Shown: positions 55,219-63,545 of the stretch, one piece after another
Numbering within the stretch: position 1 is the stretch's first letter
Layout: every line of letters starts with the position of its first letter
Assembly (NCBI GenBank): GCA_002399405.1
Contig: DHDP01000013.1
Location: 150,784 to 214,783 of the forward strand
Direction of reading: 5' to 3'
Length of the DNA: 64,000 nucleotides
Source: Treponema sp. UBA4873
GTDB taxonomy: Bacteria > Spirochaetota > Spirochaetia > Treponematales > Treponemataceae
Made by a program: the position numbers and the translations under genes
The notes under the pieces: model-generated
The model's database searches: none
What the model saw: the letters and a program-made list of their open reading frames with translations, nothing else
Told to the model about the DNA's origin: nothing

Positions 55219-56502
55219 TTACAGATCGTCGTACAGGTCTTCAACGAGCGTCAGGCAGCCCCTGTATCCGCCGTACGTGCGGTTGAACACGAGTTTGTCG
55301 GTTACGGGATACGACAGAACGCTGCACTGACACCCTTTCCGGCTGCCGATTTCCCGTTCGTTCGTGCTGCCGATAAGCAGCGTGATTTCGTCGTTTTTCG
55401 CAAGCAGTTTTTCAATGTCGTACTGGTCTGAGGCAAAATACACTTCCGGCGCACGCGCATATTCCAAATTTGTTATGCGTTTTCTGACTGCATCCTTATC
55501 TTTGTCGCGGAACAGCGGTTCGCTCACAATCGTCAAAAGCGGCGTAAAACTGTAGTCGTTCGCGAGAAAGCGCGTAAATCCGACCGCATAGTTCGAATCG
55601 CTTACGACTGCGAAACGCTTCCAGCTGAGCTTTCCGATCGCCTGCTCGAAATAATCGTAGACGTACTCCTCTTCCTTCCGTACGACAGATTCCACTTTTC
55701 CGGAATCAAGCGAAAGCGCTTCCCCTACCTGACGTACGAATGCGGTCGTATCTGTCGCACCGACAGGCATTCCCTCTATTCGAAGCGTCGGAATGCCGAA
55801 CTGCCCGGACAGTTTTTTCTCGGCACCGCGGAGCAGCCAGGGATGAATGATGATGTTCAGCGCCGCACTGCCTGCCCGCTTCACCGCGTCGATTCCCTGA
55901 TGTTCCGTAAAAAACGTGTTGACTTCGAGACCGAGCGCCCTGAGTATGCGCGTAAACTCTTCCAGCGTTCCGCTCCAGTACGGATCGTGATAGGGAACGA
56001 TGCCGAACAGATTAACGAGATTCTGCTGCCTCGGCCCTTTAACCATGATTTTGTCTATAAACGTATCTATGACGGACTCGTATCCGAGCATGTCGTTTCC
56101 GGCAAATCCCGGCGTGTCGATAGCGTACACAGGCTTCGGCGCATTTTTGAATTCCGAAACGACGCTCTGGATGTCGTCCCCGTTTATGCCCGCAGTGCAT
56201 CCGGTAAGCACAAAATACGCGTCCGCGTCGATTATCTCCATCGCTCCCTGAATAGTCGTGCGGAGCTTGTCCGTCCCGCCGAACACGACCTCTTTCTCAA
56301 GCATGTTCGTCGAAGGCAGTGAAACTCCCGAAAGAAACGACGCAGTCCTGCCGCACGACTGTCCCTGCTCCGACGCGCACGTCTGCATGCAGCATCCGGG
56401 ACCTGAATGGTACACCGGACAGAACCGGTCGACTGCACTGAGCACGGCGTTGATTCCGGCAAGCGCGCACCCTCCGCGGGGATTCTCAGTTACTTCCGAC
56501 AT
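55219..56502 (-). CDS. nitrogenase component 1-like protein, beta (NifK/NifN-like) subunit
   Basis: 427 aa. NPRGGCALAGINAV, VYHSGPGCCMQ and FVLTGCTAGINGDDIQSV align by eye with the three P-cluster Cys regions of NifK. Confidence 0.75.
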   Translation of the reverse strand: MSEVTENPRGGCALAGINAVLSAVDRFCPVYHSGPGCCMQTCASEQGQSCGRTASFLSGVSLPSTNMLEKEVVFGGTDKLRTTIQGAMEIIDADAYFVLTGCTAGINGDDIQSVVSEFKNAPKPVYAIDTPGFAGNDMLGYESVIDTFIDKIMVKGPRQQNLVNLFGIVPYHDPYWSGTLEEFTRILRALGLEVNTFFTEHQGIDAVKRAGSAALNIIIHPWLLRGAEKKLSGQFGIPTLRIEGMPVGATDTTAFVRQVGEALSLDSGKVESVVRKEEEYVYDYFEQAIGKLSWKRFAVVSDSNYAVGFTRFLANDYSFTPLLTIVSEPLFRDKDKDAVRKRITNLEYARAPEVYFASDQYDIEKLLAKNDEITLLIGSTNEREIGSRKGCQCSVLSYPVTDKLVFNRTYGGYRGCLTLVEDLYDDL

Positions 56503-57965
56503 GTATTTTCTCCTGCTGCTTTAATATATTTAAACGGATCTTCGCTGTACCACGACTCCCTGTACGGAAGGCGCGCGTGAGCGGCGAGCTTTACGTTGAA
56601 TCCGGGATTCTCTATCTGGTCAGCCATTTTGTTGCCGAGATACAAAAGACCGTCGTATCCCATCGTCGGACGCTTTCCGTCGAGAACGTGCGTCGTCGGT
56701 ATGCCGAAACGCGCGGACCATTCGGGAACGCCGATGAACACGTCGGGCTTCAGCCTGTTCACGATGTTCACCTGTTCGAACGGTTCCATGTTCGCCACGT
56801 CGACGACAAAATCCTTGTGTATGCCGTTGAGGTATTCAATGTCGGTCTGCGCGTCCTGATTGTACGTCGGCGTTTCGAGCCCGACAAGTTTCATGCCGAA
56901 GTCGTCTATAAGCGCGGCTGCCGCAAACGAGCGGCCCGTTCCTCCGCAGATGAACACGCGCTTTCCTTCGAGCCGTTTCCGTATGCGGGCGACAAGCGGA
57001 AGAATCCGTTCATGCTCGCGCGCAATTATTTCCTCCGCTTCCTTTTCCTTTCCCGCGACTTTAGCGATGCCGCGGAACCACGCGTCCGTGTTGCGTACTC
57101 CGATCGGCATGACCGTGTGCGAATACGGAATACCGTATTTCCGCTTCAGTTCAATCATGAATTCGTCCGCGAACACCTTGCAGATGGACGTCGATGCTGA
57201 TGCGGCCGGTATTTTAAGGATCGACTCGAGGCTGCCGTAGAACGGAATGTAGTTCACCGTAAGTCCGAGCTGCCCGAGCATCCGCTCCATTTCAAGCTGA
57301 TCCTTGTAGCTGACAGTCGTCGGCGCGAACAGATTGACGAGCCCCGGAATCTTCGGTACGTGCCTGTCTTTCAGAATGTACTTCGAAATGGAAATGAACG
57401 CGCTGTCGAAGCCCGACGCGCAGATTTTCGATTTGAATCCTTCGCAGTGAACGGGAACAAGAATCGCCTTACTGTTCGCCTGTTCGTTTTCCACTATGCC
57501 GTCGAGGTCGTCGCCTATCATGCCGGACGCGCACGACGCGTAGATGAATATCAGTTTCGGCGCATACCGTTCCTCCGCCTGGTGAATCGCCCGCACAAGT
57601 TTTTTGCCGCCGCCGAAAACAATATCGTCCGAATCAAGATTGGTGACAATGATGTGCGGATTGCGTATGTATTTTACACCGCGGTGCGCCTGACCGACGC
57701 GGTACATATCCACTGCCATAACGGTGCACCCGACGCATCCCTGAGGCGAATGGGCTATGAAGACAGCGTCGTCGAGCGACATGAGCGCCGCCATGCTGTT
57801 TATCTCCTGACACTGCAGCCCCTGCGCAAACGTCCTGTCGGCGGCTTTGAGACATTTCTTTTCGAAACTGTACGCCAGTTCTTCGCTGCTTCCGCCGAGA
57901 TCGTTGTACGTTTCCGGCCGTCGCTCCCGTATTCCCGAATATGTTTCCGGCATCCCCTGCTCCAT
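56490..57965 (-). CDS. nitrogenase component 1-like protein, alpha (NifD/NifE-like) subunit
   Basis: 491 aa. LQCQEINSMAAL, IAHSPQGCVGC, DIVFGGGKKL, IYASCASGMIGDD, VPVHCEGF, STSICKVF..KRKYGIPY and GIPTTHVLD resemble NifD regions, including the FeMo-co Cys/His positions. Confidence 0.75.
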   Translation of the reverse strand: MEQGMPETYSGIRERRPETYNDLGGSSEELAYSFEKKCLKAADRTFAQGLQCQEINSMAALMSLDDAVFIAHSPQGCVGCTVMAVDMYRVGQAHRGVKYIRNPHIIVTNLDSDDIVFGGGKKLVRAIHQAEERYAPKLIFIYASCASGMIGDDLDGIVENEQANSKAILVPVHCEGFKSKICASGFDSAFISISKYILKDRHVPKIPGLVNLFAPTTVSYKDQLEMERMLGQLGLTVNYIPFYGSLESILKIPAASASTSICKVFADEFMIELKRKYGIPYSHTVMPIGVRNTDAWFRGIAKVAGKEKEAEEIIAREHERILPLVARIRKRLEGKRVFICGGTGRSFAAAALIDDFGMKLVGLETPTYNQDAQTDIEYLNGIHKDFVVDVANMEPFEQVNIVNRLKPDVFIGVPEWSARFGIPTTHVLDGKRPTMGYDGLLYLGNKMADQIENPGFNVKLAAHARLPYRESWYSEDPFKYIKAAGENTCRK

Positions 57966-57974
57966 TAATAATTA

Positions 57975-59075
57975 TTATTTTATGATTTCTTCGAGTACTC
58001 TGATCACTTCGGCATTGTCTTCCCGTGTGCCTATCGATATCCGCACCCACGTGGGAAGACCGAACTCAGCAGCCGGACGTATCAGTATTCTCCGTTTCAG
58101 GAATTCGGCCTCGATCCACGTGCTGTCCTTTCCCGTATCGAACAGAATAAAATTCCCGTTCGATCTGATATAGTTCAGGCCGAGTTTCTCAAGTTCAGTA
58201 TAGTAGAGTTCCAGCCCTTCCCTGTTGTTCTCCAGAACTTTTTTTCTGAACTCCGCATCGTCGAGGCTCACCAGTGCCGCTTCCTGTGCGAGCGTGTTCA
58301 CGTTTATGGGTATGCGGACTTTGTTCATATTCCGTATGATTTCAGGATTCGTTATTCCGAATCCTATTCTGAAAGACGCAAGGCCGTAGACTTTCGAAAA
58401 AGTTCTGAGAAGAATTACATTCGTAAATTTCTTCAACAGGTACACAGTGTCGGGATATTCTTCGGATATGAAGTCTATATACGCTTCATCAAGAACAACA
58501 ATAATATCACTTCTGACTGCCTCAAGAAAATTAAGCAGCTCGTTCTGACCGAGCAGCGTTCCCGTCGGATTGTTCGGATTGCATATCCATATAACTTTCG
58601 TTTTTCCGGTTATTTTCTTTTGTATACTGTCGAGATCGATTCTAAAATTCGTCAGGGGCACGTATACCGGTACGGCGTCCATCTGCAGCGTGACGTTCGT
58701 ATACCAGCCGAACGACGGGACGGGAATGACTGACTCACCGCCCGGTTCGAGAAAAGTCTCTGCAACGAGCGAAATCAGTTCGAACGAACCGTTCCCGAAA
58801 ATAAAATCAGCTTCGTCTGTTTTATACACGGACGACAGTTTTTCCCGGAGCTTCGTGCAGTTCGTATCGGGATAATACGGCAACAGGCTGACATTCTTCA
58901 CCGCTTCAGCTGCACGGGGAGAACAGCCTAATCTGTTTTCGTTCCCTGCAAGTTTGATGACGTCGGAAAAACCGTATTCTCTTTTCACCGATTCAAGCGT
59001 CCGCGCCGGACGGTAATCGCTTATTTTTTCCAGAGCCGTCCGCGCCCTCACCGCCGTATTATTTTTTCTGAACAT
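57975..59075 (-). CDS. class I/II PLP-dependent aminotransferase (HisC/CobD family)
   Basis: IKLAGNENRLGCSP.., YYPD, VWICNPNNPTG, RTFSKVYGLASFRIG (PLP Lys). Start at ATG 59075; the ORF track start at 59123 would overlap the upstream gene by 65 nt. Confidence 0.8.
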   Translation of the reverse strand: MFRKNNTAVRARTALEKISDYRPARTLESVKREYGFSDVIKLAGNENRLGCSPRAAEAVKNVSLLPYYPDTNCTKLREKLSSVYKTDEADFIFGNGSFELISLVAETFLEPGGESVIPVPSFGWYTNVTLQMDAVPVYVPLTNFRIDLDSIQKKITGKTKVIWICNPNNPTGTLLGQNELLNFLEAVRSDIIVVLDEAYIDFISEEYPDTVYLLKKFTNVILLRTFSKVYGLASFRIGFGITNPEIIRNMNKVRIPINVNTLAQEAALVSLDDAEFRKKVLENNREGLELYYTELEKLGLNYIRSNGNFILFDTGKDSTWIEAEFLKRRILIRPAAEFGLPTWVRISIGTREDNAEVIRVLEEIIK

Positions 59076-60156
59076 TTTCCCTATACTCCCCGACAAGACT
59101 GTCTGCCGTTTTAAAACCTGCAACTATTTCTTCCGTCGTCCGGCCGAATCCGAAATGCGTATACTCGGGAAATTCCGCAAGTATTCTGTCTGCAATAACC
59201 GGCAAGTCCCTGTCTTCAAGCTGCAAATCCGAAAGTGTGAAAGCTTCGTCAAACCCTGCAAGCCGCTGTATAGTCTCCCTGATTTCTTTGTCCGATTTTT
59301 TCTGGAGCACCAGCTGCGTTATGATGCCGAACGCCACAAGTTCGCCGTGAAGCATCACCCGCGACGCAGGTATTCTCCGCGACGCGTGGTAAAACGGATG
59401 GGCGAAACCGGAATACGCACGGGCTCCGACGAAACTTCCGACAAGACCCGCGAGATAAAATACGGAATCGATCGTACAGACTGCGTTGTCTGTTATTTTC
59501 CCGGCTCTTTTTTCTTCAAGAGCGGCGGACGCTTTCTTTTCAAGCTGGTCAAAAGCCAGTTTTGCGCTGTAAACGGAAATTTGAAGAGGCAGCGGATCAT
59601 CGTTTCCTGTCATCCCGAGAGAATTTTCGTACCATTTCGCAAACGTATCGACAATTCCCGCTTTTATATACCGCTCGGGAGCATCCATCAGTATCTTTGT
59701 ATCCGCCACTATAACCCGGGGCGTGTGCGGATTTGCGTAGAACTGCTCGAAGTCGCCATCTTTCGTATAGATGATTGAAACGGCAGCCCACGGAGCACAC
59801 GTTGCCGCAATAGTCGGTACGGAAATTACAGGCAGTCCCGCCAGCGTGCCGGCAGCCTTTGCGGCATCATGGACTCTGCCTCCGCCGACAGCAGCGATGA
59901 ACGCCGCTCTGTTCTCTTTTGCTTCTTCCGCAATCTGCTTCGCTTTTTCGAGTGTCGGATATCCTGCAAACGGGAAAAAAGTGAAAGAGACGTAATTTTC
60001 CAAAAAACTTTTTTTGAGTACATCCTGTACGGCGCTGAACGCTGTCGTTCCCGCCACTACTAATCCTGTCGTTCCGTACTCCCTGACGTATTTACCCGCA
60101 TTGTTCAAAGCGCCTGGTTCACTTATGTATTTTTCCGGAGTCTTAATCTCAAACAT
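59059..60156 (-). CDS. iron-containing alcohol dehydrogenase superfamily protein (glycerol dehydrogenase-like)
   Basis: 365 aa. AVGGGRVHDAAKA, PTIAATCAPW, His-rich metal site (FAHPFYHA..HGELVAFG). Confidence 0.75.
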   Translation of the reverse strand: MFEIKTPEKYISEPGALNNAGKYVREYGTTGLVVAGTTAFSAVQDVLKKSFLENYVSFTFFPFAGYPTLEKAKQIAEEAKENRAAFIAAVGGGRVHDAAKAAGTLAGLPVISVPTIAATCAPWAAVSIIYTKDGDFEQFYANPHTPRVIVADTKILMDAPERYIKAGIVDTFAKWYENSLGMTGNDDPLPLQISVYSAKLAFDQLEKKASAALEEKRAGKITDNAVCTIDSVFYLAGLVGSFVGARAYSGFAHPFYHASRRIPASRVMLHGELVAFGIITQLVLQKKSDKEIRETIQRLAGFDEAFTLSDLQLEDRDLPVIADRILAEFPEYTHFGFGRTTEEIVAGFKTADSLVGEYRENVQKK

Positions 60157-60350
60157 ATATTTTCATCCGCCTCCTGATCGATCTCACCGCCGCATATGCC
60201 GCACAAATAAAAAAGGTTCCGGCACTGGTATATTTCTATCTCAGTGCCGGAACCTCCGGTTGTCCAGTCAGTTCCTTTCTAAAAATTATAAACTATTACC
60301 TACTATTCCAATATGTTTTTGATAATAATGCGGGTGCCGGTATTTGTCAA
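60157..60350 (-). promoter_or_regulatory. promoter plus short 5' leader with intrinsic terminator (leader copy C, minimal version)
   Basis: TTGACA (60350-60345), 17 nt spacer, TATTAT (60327-60322). Degenerate palindrome at 60298-60316. The core is GGAACTGACTGGACAACCGGAGGTTCC (reverse complement of 60249-60275). A 13-bp stem (60215-60227 with 60242-60254) is followed by U6 (60209-60214). Confidence 0.7.
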
Positions 60351-60366
60351 GTATGCGGCGGCATGT

Positions 60367-61482
60367 TCAGCCCCACACTTCCTCCGCTATTTCCTTTACG
60401 AGCGCAAGTTTCGCCCACTGTTCGGCTTCCGTAAGTTTATTGCCGATCTCGCACGAGGCAAAACCGCACTGAGGACTTAGACACAGCCGTTCGAGCGGAA
60501 TATACCGGGCGGCCTCGTGTATCCGTGCAATGACAGCCTGTTTATCTTCGAGATGCGGAGACTTTGTTGTAACGAGTCCGAGCACCACTTTTTTGTCTCC
60601 GCTCACTTTTGATAGCGGCGCAAAGCCGCCCGAGCGGGCGTCGTCGTATTCAAGGTAGTACGCATCGACGTTTTCGCGTGCAAACAGCACAGCCGCGACA
60701 GCATCGTACGAACCGGAACTTGCATATGTGGAATGAAAGTTACCCCTGCACACGTGCGTGTTGATGACGAGGTCTCCGGGCTTTCCGTCGACGGCAAGGT
60801 TGTTGATTGCCAGAAGCTGCTCCTGTATTTCCTTAAGACCGGCCGTCGTGGTGCCGAAAAGCGACGTCGCACGCGGATCCACAAGCATACCCCACGAACA
60901 GTCGTCGAACTGGATATTGCGGCAGCCGGCGTCGTATAAGGCGCGGATTACCTTTTTATACCCGGCGGCGATATCATGCACAAGTTCCTCCGTAGTCCCG
61001 TAATACTTCCGGGTGTTCTCCAGCGCGAACGGCATAATCATCTGTTCAAGAAACTGTGCCGGAGCCGGAATAGTCTGCTTTGCGGCAGTTTCCGCGTCTT
61101 CAAACGCTTGTACGAATTTGTAATGGTCCACGAACGGATGATGGTCTACCGAAACTTTTCCGGTAAGATACGTATCGTCGATCATCGCGGCTTCGCCGTG
61201 GAACGGAAGGCCTGTTTGAGTTTTCGAATGCCCGACACCGTCGAACGCCCACATAAAATCGAGGTGCCACGTTGCGCGGCGGAATTCTCCGTCGGTGATG
61301 ACATGAAATCCCGCCTTTTTCTGCGCCGAGACGAGACTGCTGATGGCTTCGTCCTCCGCTCCTGTCAGTTCTTCTTTCGTGATTCTGCCCGCTTCAAAAT
61401 CGGAACGAGCTTTTTTCAATGAAGCCGGACGGAGAAAACTGCCGACAAAGTCGAATCTGAACGGAGTATGCAATGTGCTCAT
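60367..61482 (-). CDS. cobalamin-independent methionine synthase family protein (MetE C-terminal-domain type, YxjG/YxjH-like)
   Basis: 371 aa. PFRFDFVGSFLRP, ITDGEFRR..WHLDF, C-terminal SPQCGFAS. Confidence 0.8.
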   Translation of the reverse strand: MSTLHTPFRFDFVGSFLRPASLKKARSDFEAGRITKEELTGAEDEAISSLVSAQKKAGFHVITDGEFRRATWHLDFMWAFDGVGHSKTQTGLPFHGEAAMIDDTYLTGKVSVDHHPFVDHYKFVQAFEDAETAAKQTIPAPAQFLEQMIMPFALENTRKYYGTTEELVHDIAAGYKKVIRALYDAGCRNIQFDDCSWGMLVDPRATSLFGTTTAGLKEIQEQLLAINNLAVDGKPGDLVINTHVCRGNFHSTYASSGSYDAVAAVLFARENVDAYYLEYDDARSGGFAPLSKVSGDKKVVLGLVTTKSPHLEDKQAVIARIHEAARYIPLERLCLSPQCGFASCEIGNKLTEAEQWAKLALVKEIAEEVWG

Positions 61483-61614
61483 AATTACCTGCCTTTACGA
61501 TGTGTATTGGTAAAATTATACCGGCCGCACAAATCAACAGCAAATACTTTTTTTTATGTATAAGCCATAAATTTTAGTTATGACACTGACATATCTTCTA
61601 AAAAATGATACATT

Positions 61615-61633
61615 TCCTATTTACTCGATAGGT
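61615..61633. promoter_or_regulatory. TCCTA-N9-TAGGTAA palindrome just downstream of a candidate promoter for the trans-sulfuration gene
   Basis: CTGACA, 17 nt spacer, TACATT, followed immediately by TCCTATTTACTCGATAGGTAA. Same motif family as at leaders A, B, C and 39.2 kb. Confidence 0.5.
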
Positions 61634-61665
61634 AATTTATATTATTATCAGCTTCAGGAGCTGTT

Positions 61666-62874
61666 ATGATACACGATTTTTCAAAAAACGGATTTGCAAC
61701 GCGTGCAGTCCATGCAGGAGAAGCGCCGGATCCGGCGACAGGAGCTTCCGCCCCGAATCTCGTTATGTCGACGACATACGTCACTACGGCCGACGCGTCG
61801 TTCTCTGCCGAGGATTTCGGAGAAAACACTCCCTTTATTTACACACGGTGGGGCAATCCGACAATAGCGCAGCTTGAGCGGAAACTTGCTTCACTGGAAA
61901 ACGCGGAGGCCGCCGTTGCGTTTGCAAGCGGAATGGCCGCAAGCACCGGCCTGCTGCTCCAGTTTTTGAAACCGGGTGATCATCTCGTCGTCTCGGACGT
62001 GAGTTACGCAGGCGTGGCGGAATTCACAAAGGATTATCTGCCGTCGCACGGAATAGAAGTGACGAAAGTCGATTTGTCAGCCCCCGCGAACCTGAAAGCT
62101 GCAATACGGCCGAACACGCGTTTCGTCTATGCGGAAACGCCGGCGAATCCCATACTCAAACTCACTGATATTTCCGCAGCGGCCGCGATAACGCACGAAG
62201 CCGGCGCTAAACTGATAGTCGACTCCACGTTTGCAACGCCGGTCGCCACCCGTCCGCTCGAACTCGGTGCCGATTTTGTCGTTCATTCGCTTACAAAATA
62301 CATGAGCGGGCACGGAGACGCGATCGGCGGCGCGGTGCTCGGAAAAGCGGCAGACCTTGCGGAACTGAAAAAAGGCGCGAGCATTCATCTGGGCGGTATT
62401 ATCAGTCCGTTCAACGCATGGCTCATCCTGCGCGGAATTTCAACGCTGCCCGTCAGAATGCGCGCGCATGAGGAAGGCGCTTTTGCCGTGGCCCGTGCGC
62501 TCGAATCGAATCCGAACGTAAAGCGTGTCATTTACCCCGGACTCGATTCGCATCCGCAGGCGGAACTTGCGCACCGTCAGATGAAAAATTTTTCCGGCAT
62601 GATAAGTTTTCAGGTAAAAGGCGACGGCGGCGCCGCCGCCAGGCGTTTTTCGGACAGACTCGAAATAATCCACTATGCGGTTTCGCTCGGCCATCAGCGC
62701 AGCCTTATCTTTTATCTTGCGACAAACGACATGCTGCGGACCTCTTTTCAGATGACGGCAAAACAGGAAGCCGTGTACCGCAGCTTTGCGGGAGACGGAA
62801 TATTCCGGCTGTCTGTCGGACTAGAAGACCCTGCCGACATTATTGCAGATCTTGACAGAGCGCTGGAAGCCTGA
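61666..62874 (+). CDS. Cys/Met-metabolism PLP-dependent enzyme (methionine gamma-lyase / O-acetylhomoserine sulfhydrylase / cystathionine gamma-synthase family)
   Basis: 402 aa. TRAVHAG, YTRWGNPT, SGMAA, VVHSLTKYMSGHGD (PLP Lys). Confidence 0.85.
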   Translation: MIHDFSKNGFATRAVHAGEAPDPATGASAPNLVMSTTYVTTADASFSAEDFGENTPFIYTRWGNPTIAQLERKLASLENAEAAVAFASGMAASTGLLLQFLKPGDHLVVSDVSYAGVAEFTKDYLPSHGIEVTKVDLSAPANLKAAIRPNTRFVYAETPANPILKLTDISAAAAITHEAGAKLIVDSTFATPVATRPLELGADFVVHSLTKYMSGHGDAIGGAVLGKAADLAELKKGASIHLGGIISPFNAWLILRGISTLPVRMRAHEEGAFAVARALESNPNVKRVIYPGLDSHPQAELAHRQMKNFSGMISFQVKGDGGAAARRFSDRLEIIHYAVSLGHQRSLIFYLATNDMLRTSFQMTAKQEAVYRSFAGDGIFRLSVGLEDPADIIADLDRALEA

Positions 62875-62879
62875 AAGAT

Positions 62880-63545
62880 ATGCTTGATTTAGCTTTTATC
62901 CGTAAGGTTATTCCGCTGTATGTACACGCCGCAGGACTTACAATTTCCATCGGCGTCACCGGCATACTGCTGGCTTTCGCGGTAGGAATCATCTGCGCGC
63001 TGGTCCGCTATAAAAAAATCCCGGTGCTGAATCAAATTGTTTCTTTCTATATTGAATTGTCGCGCAACACACCGCTGCTCATTCAGCTCTTTTTCCTGTA
63101 TTTCGCGCTGCCGAAAATCGGCATCAGGATGAGCTCGGAACAGTGCGGAATCATCGGTCTTACGTTTCTGGGCGGCAGTTATATGGCTGAAACGCTCCGC
63201 AGTTCGCTCGAAACAGTTTCTCCCGTACAGATTGAATCCGGCGAATGCATCGGTCTTAGACGCAATCAGATCATCAGATACGTCGTCCTGCCTCAGGCGT
63301 GCACCGTTGCCGTTCCGGGACTCTGTGCAAACATCATGTTCATGATAAAGGAAACGTCCGTTTTCAGCGCAGTCGCCCTCGCGGACCTTATGTACGTTGC
63401 AAAAGACCTTATCGGTCTGTATTACAAAACAGACGAAGCGCTGCTGCTTCTCGTCGTTTCGTATTTTATTCTGCTGCTTCCCGTAACGCTTTTGAGCGCG
63501 TGGGCAGAAAGGAGATTCCGCTATGGTCAGTTCGGCACTGTCTGA
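62880..63545 (+). CDS. amino acid ABC transporter permease
   Basis: 221 aa. HisM/GlnP-type with VQIESGECIGLRRNQIIRYVVLPQA. Confidence 0.85.
   Translation: MLDLAFIRKVIPLYVHAAGLTISIGVTGILLAFAVGIICALVRYKKIPVLNQIVSFYIELSRNTPLLIQLFFLYFALPKIGIRMSSEQCGIIGLTFLGGSYMAETLRSSLETVSPVQIESGECIGLRRNQIIRYVVLPQACTVAVPGLCANIMFMIKETSVFSAVALADLMYVAKDLIGLYYKTDEALLLLVVSYFILLLPVTLLSAWAERRFRYGQFGTV

Noticed and set aside
55219-57965. Annotating the D/K pair as genuine nitrogenase (nifDK) or nifEN
   Set aside because: No nifH, nifB, nifEN/nifDK partner set, nifV, nifX or glnB-like genes are nearby. The sizes (491 and 427 aa) and the sulfur-related context do not fit a nif operon. It is kept as nitrogenase-like, function unknown.
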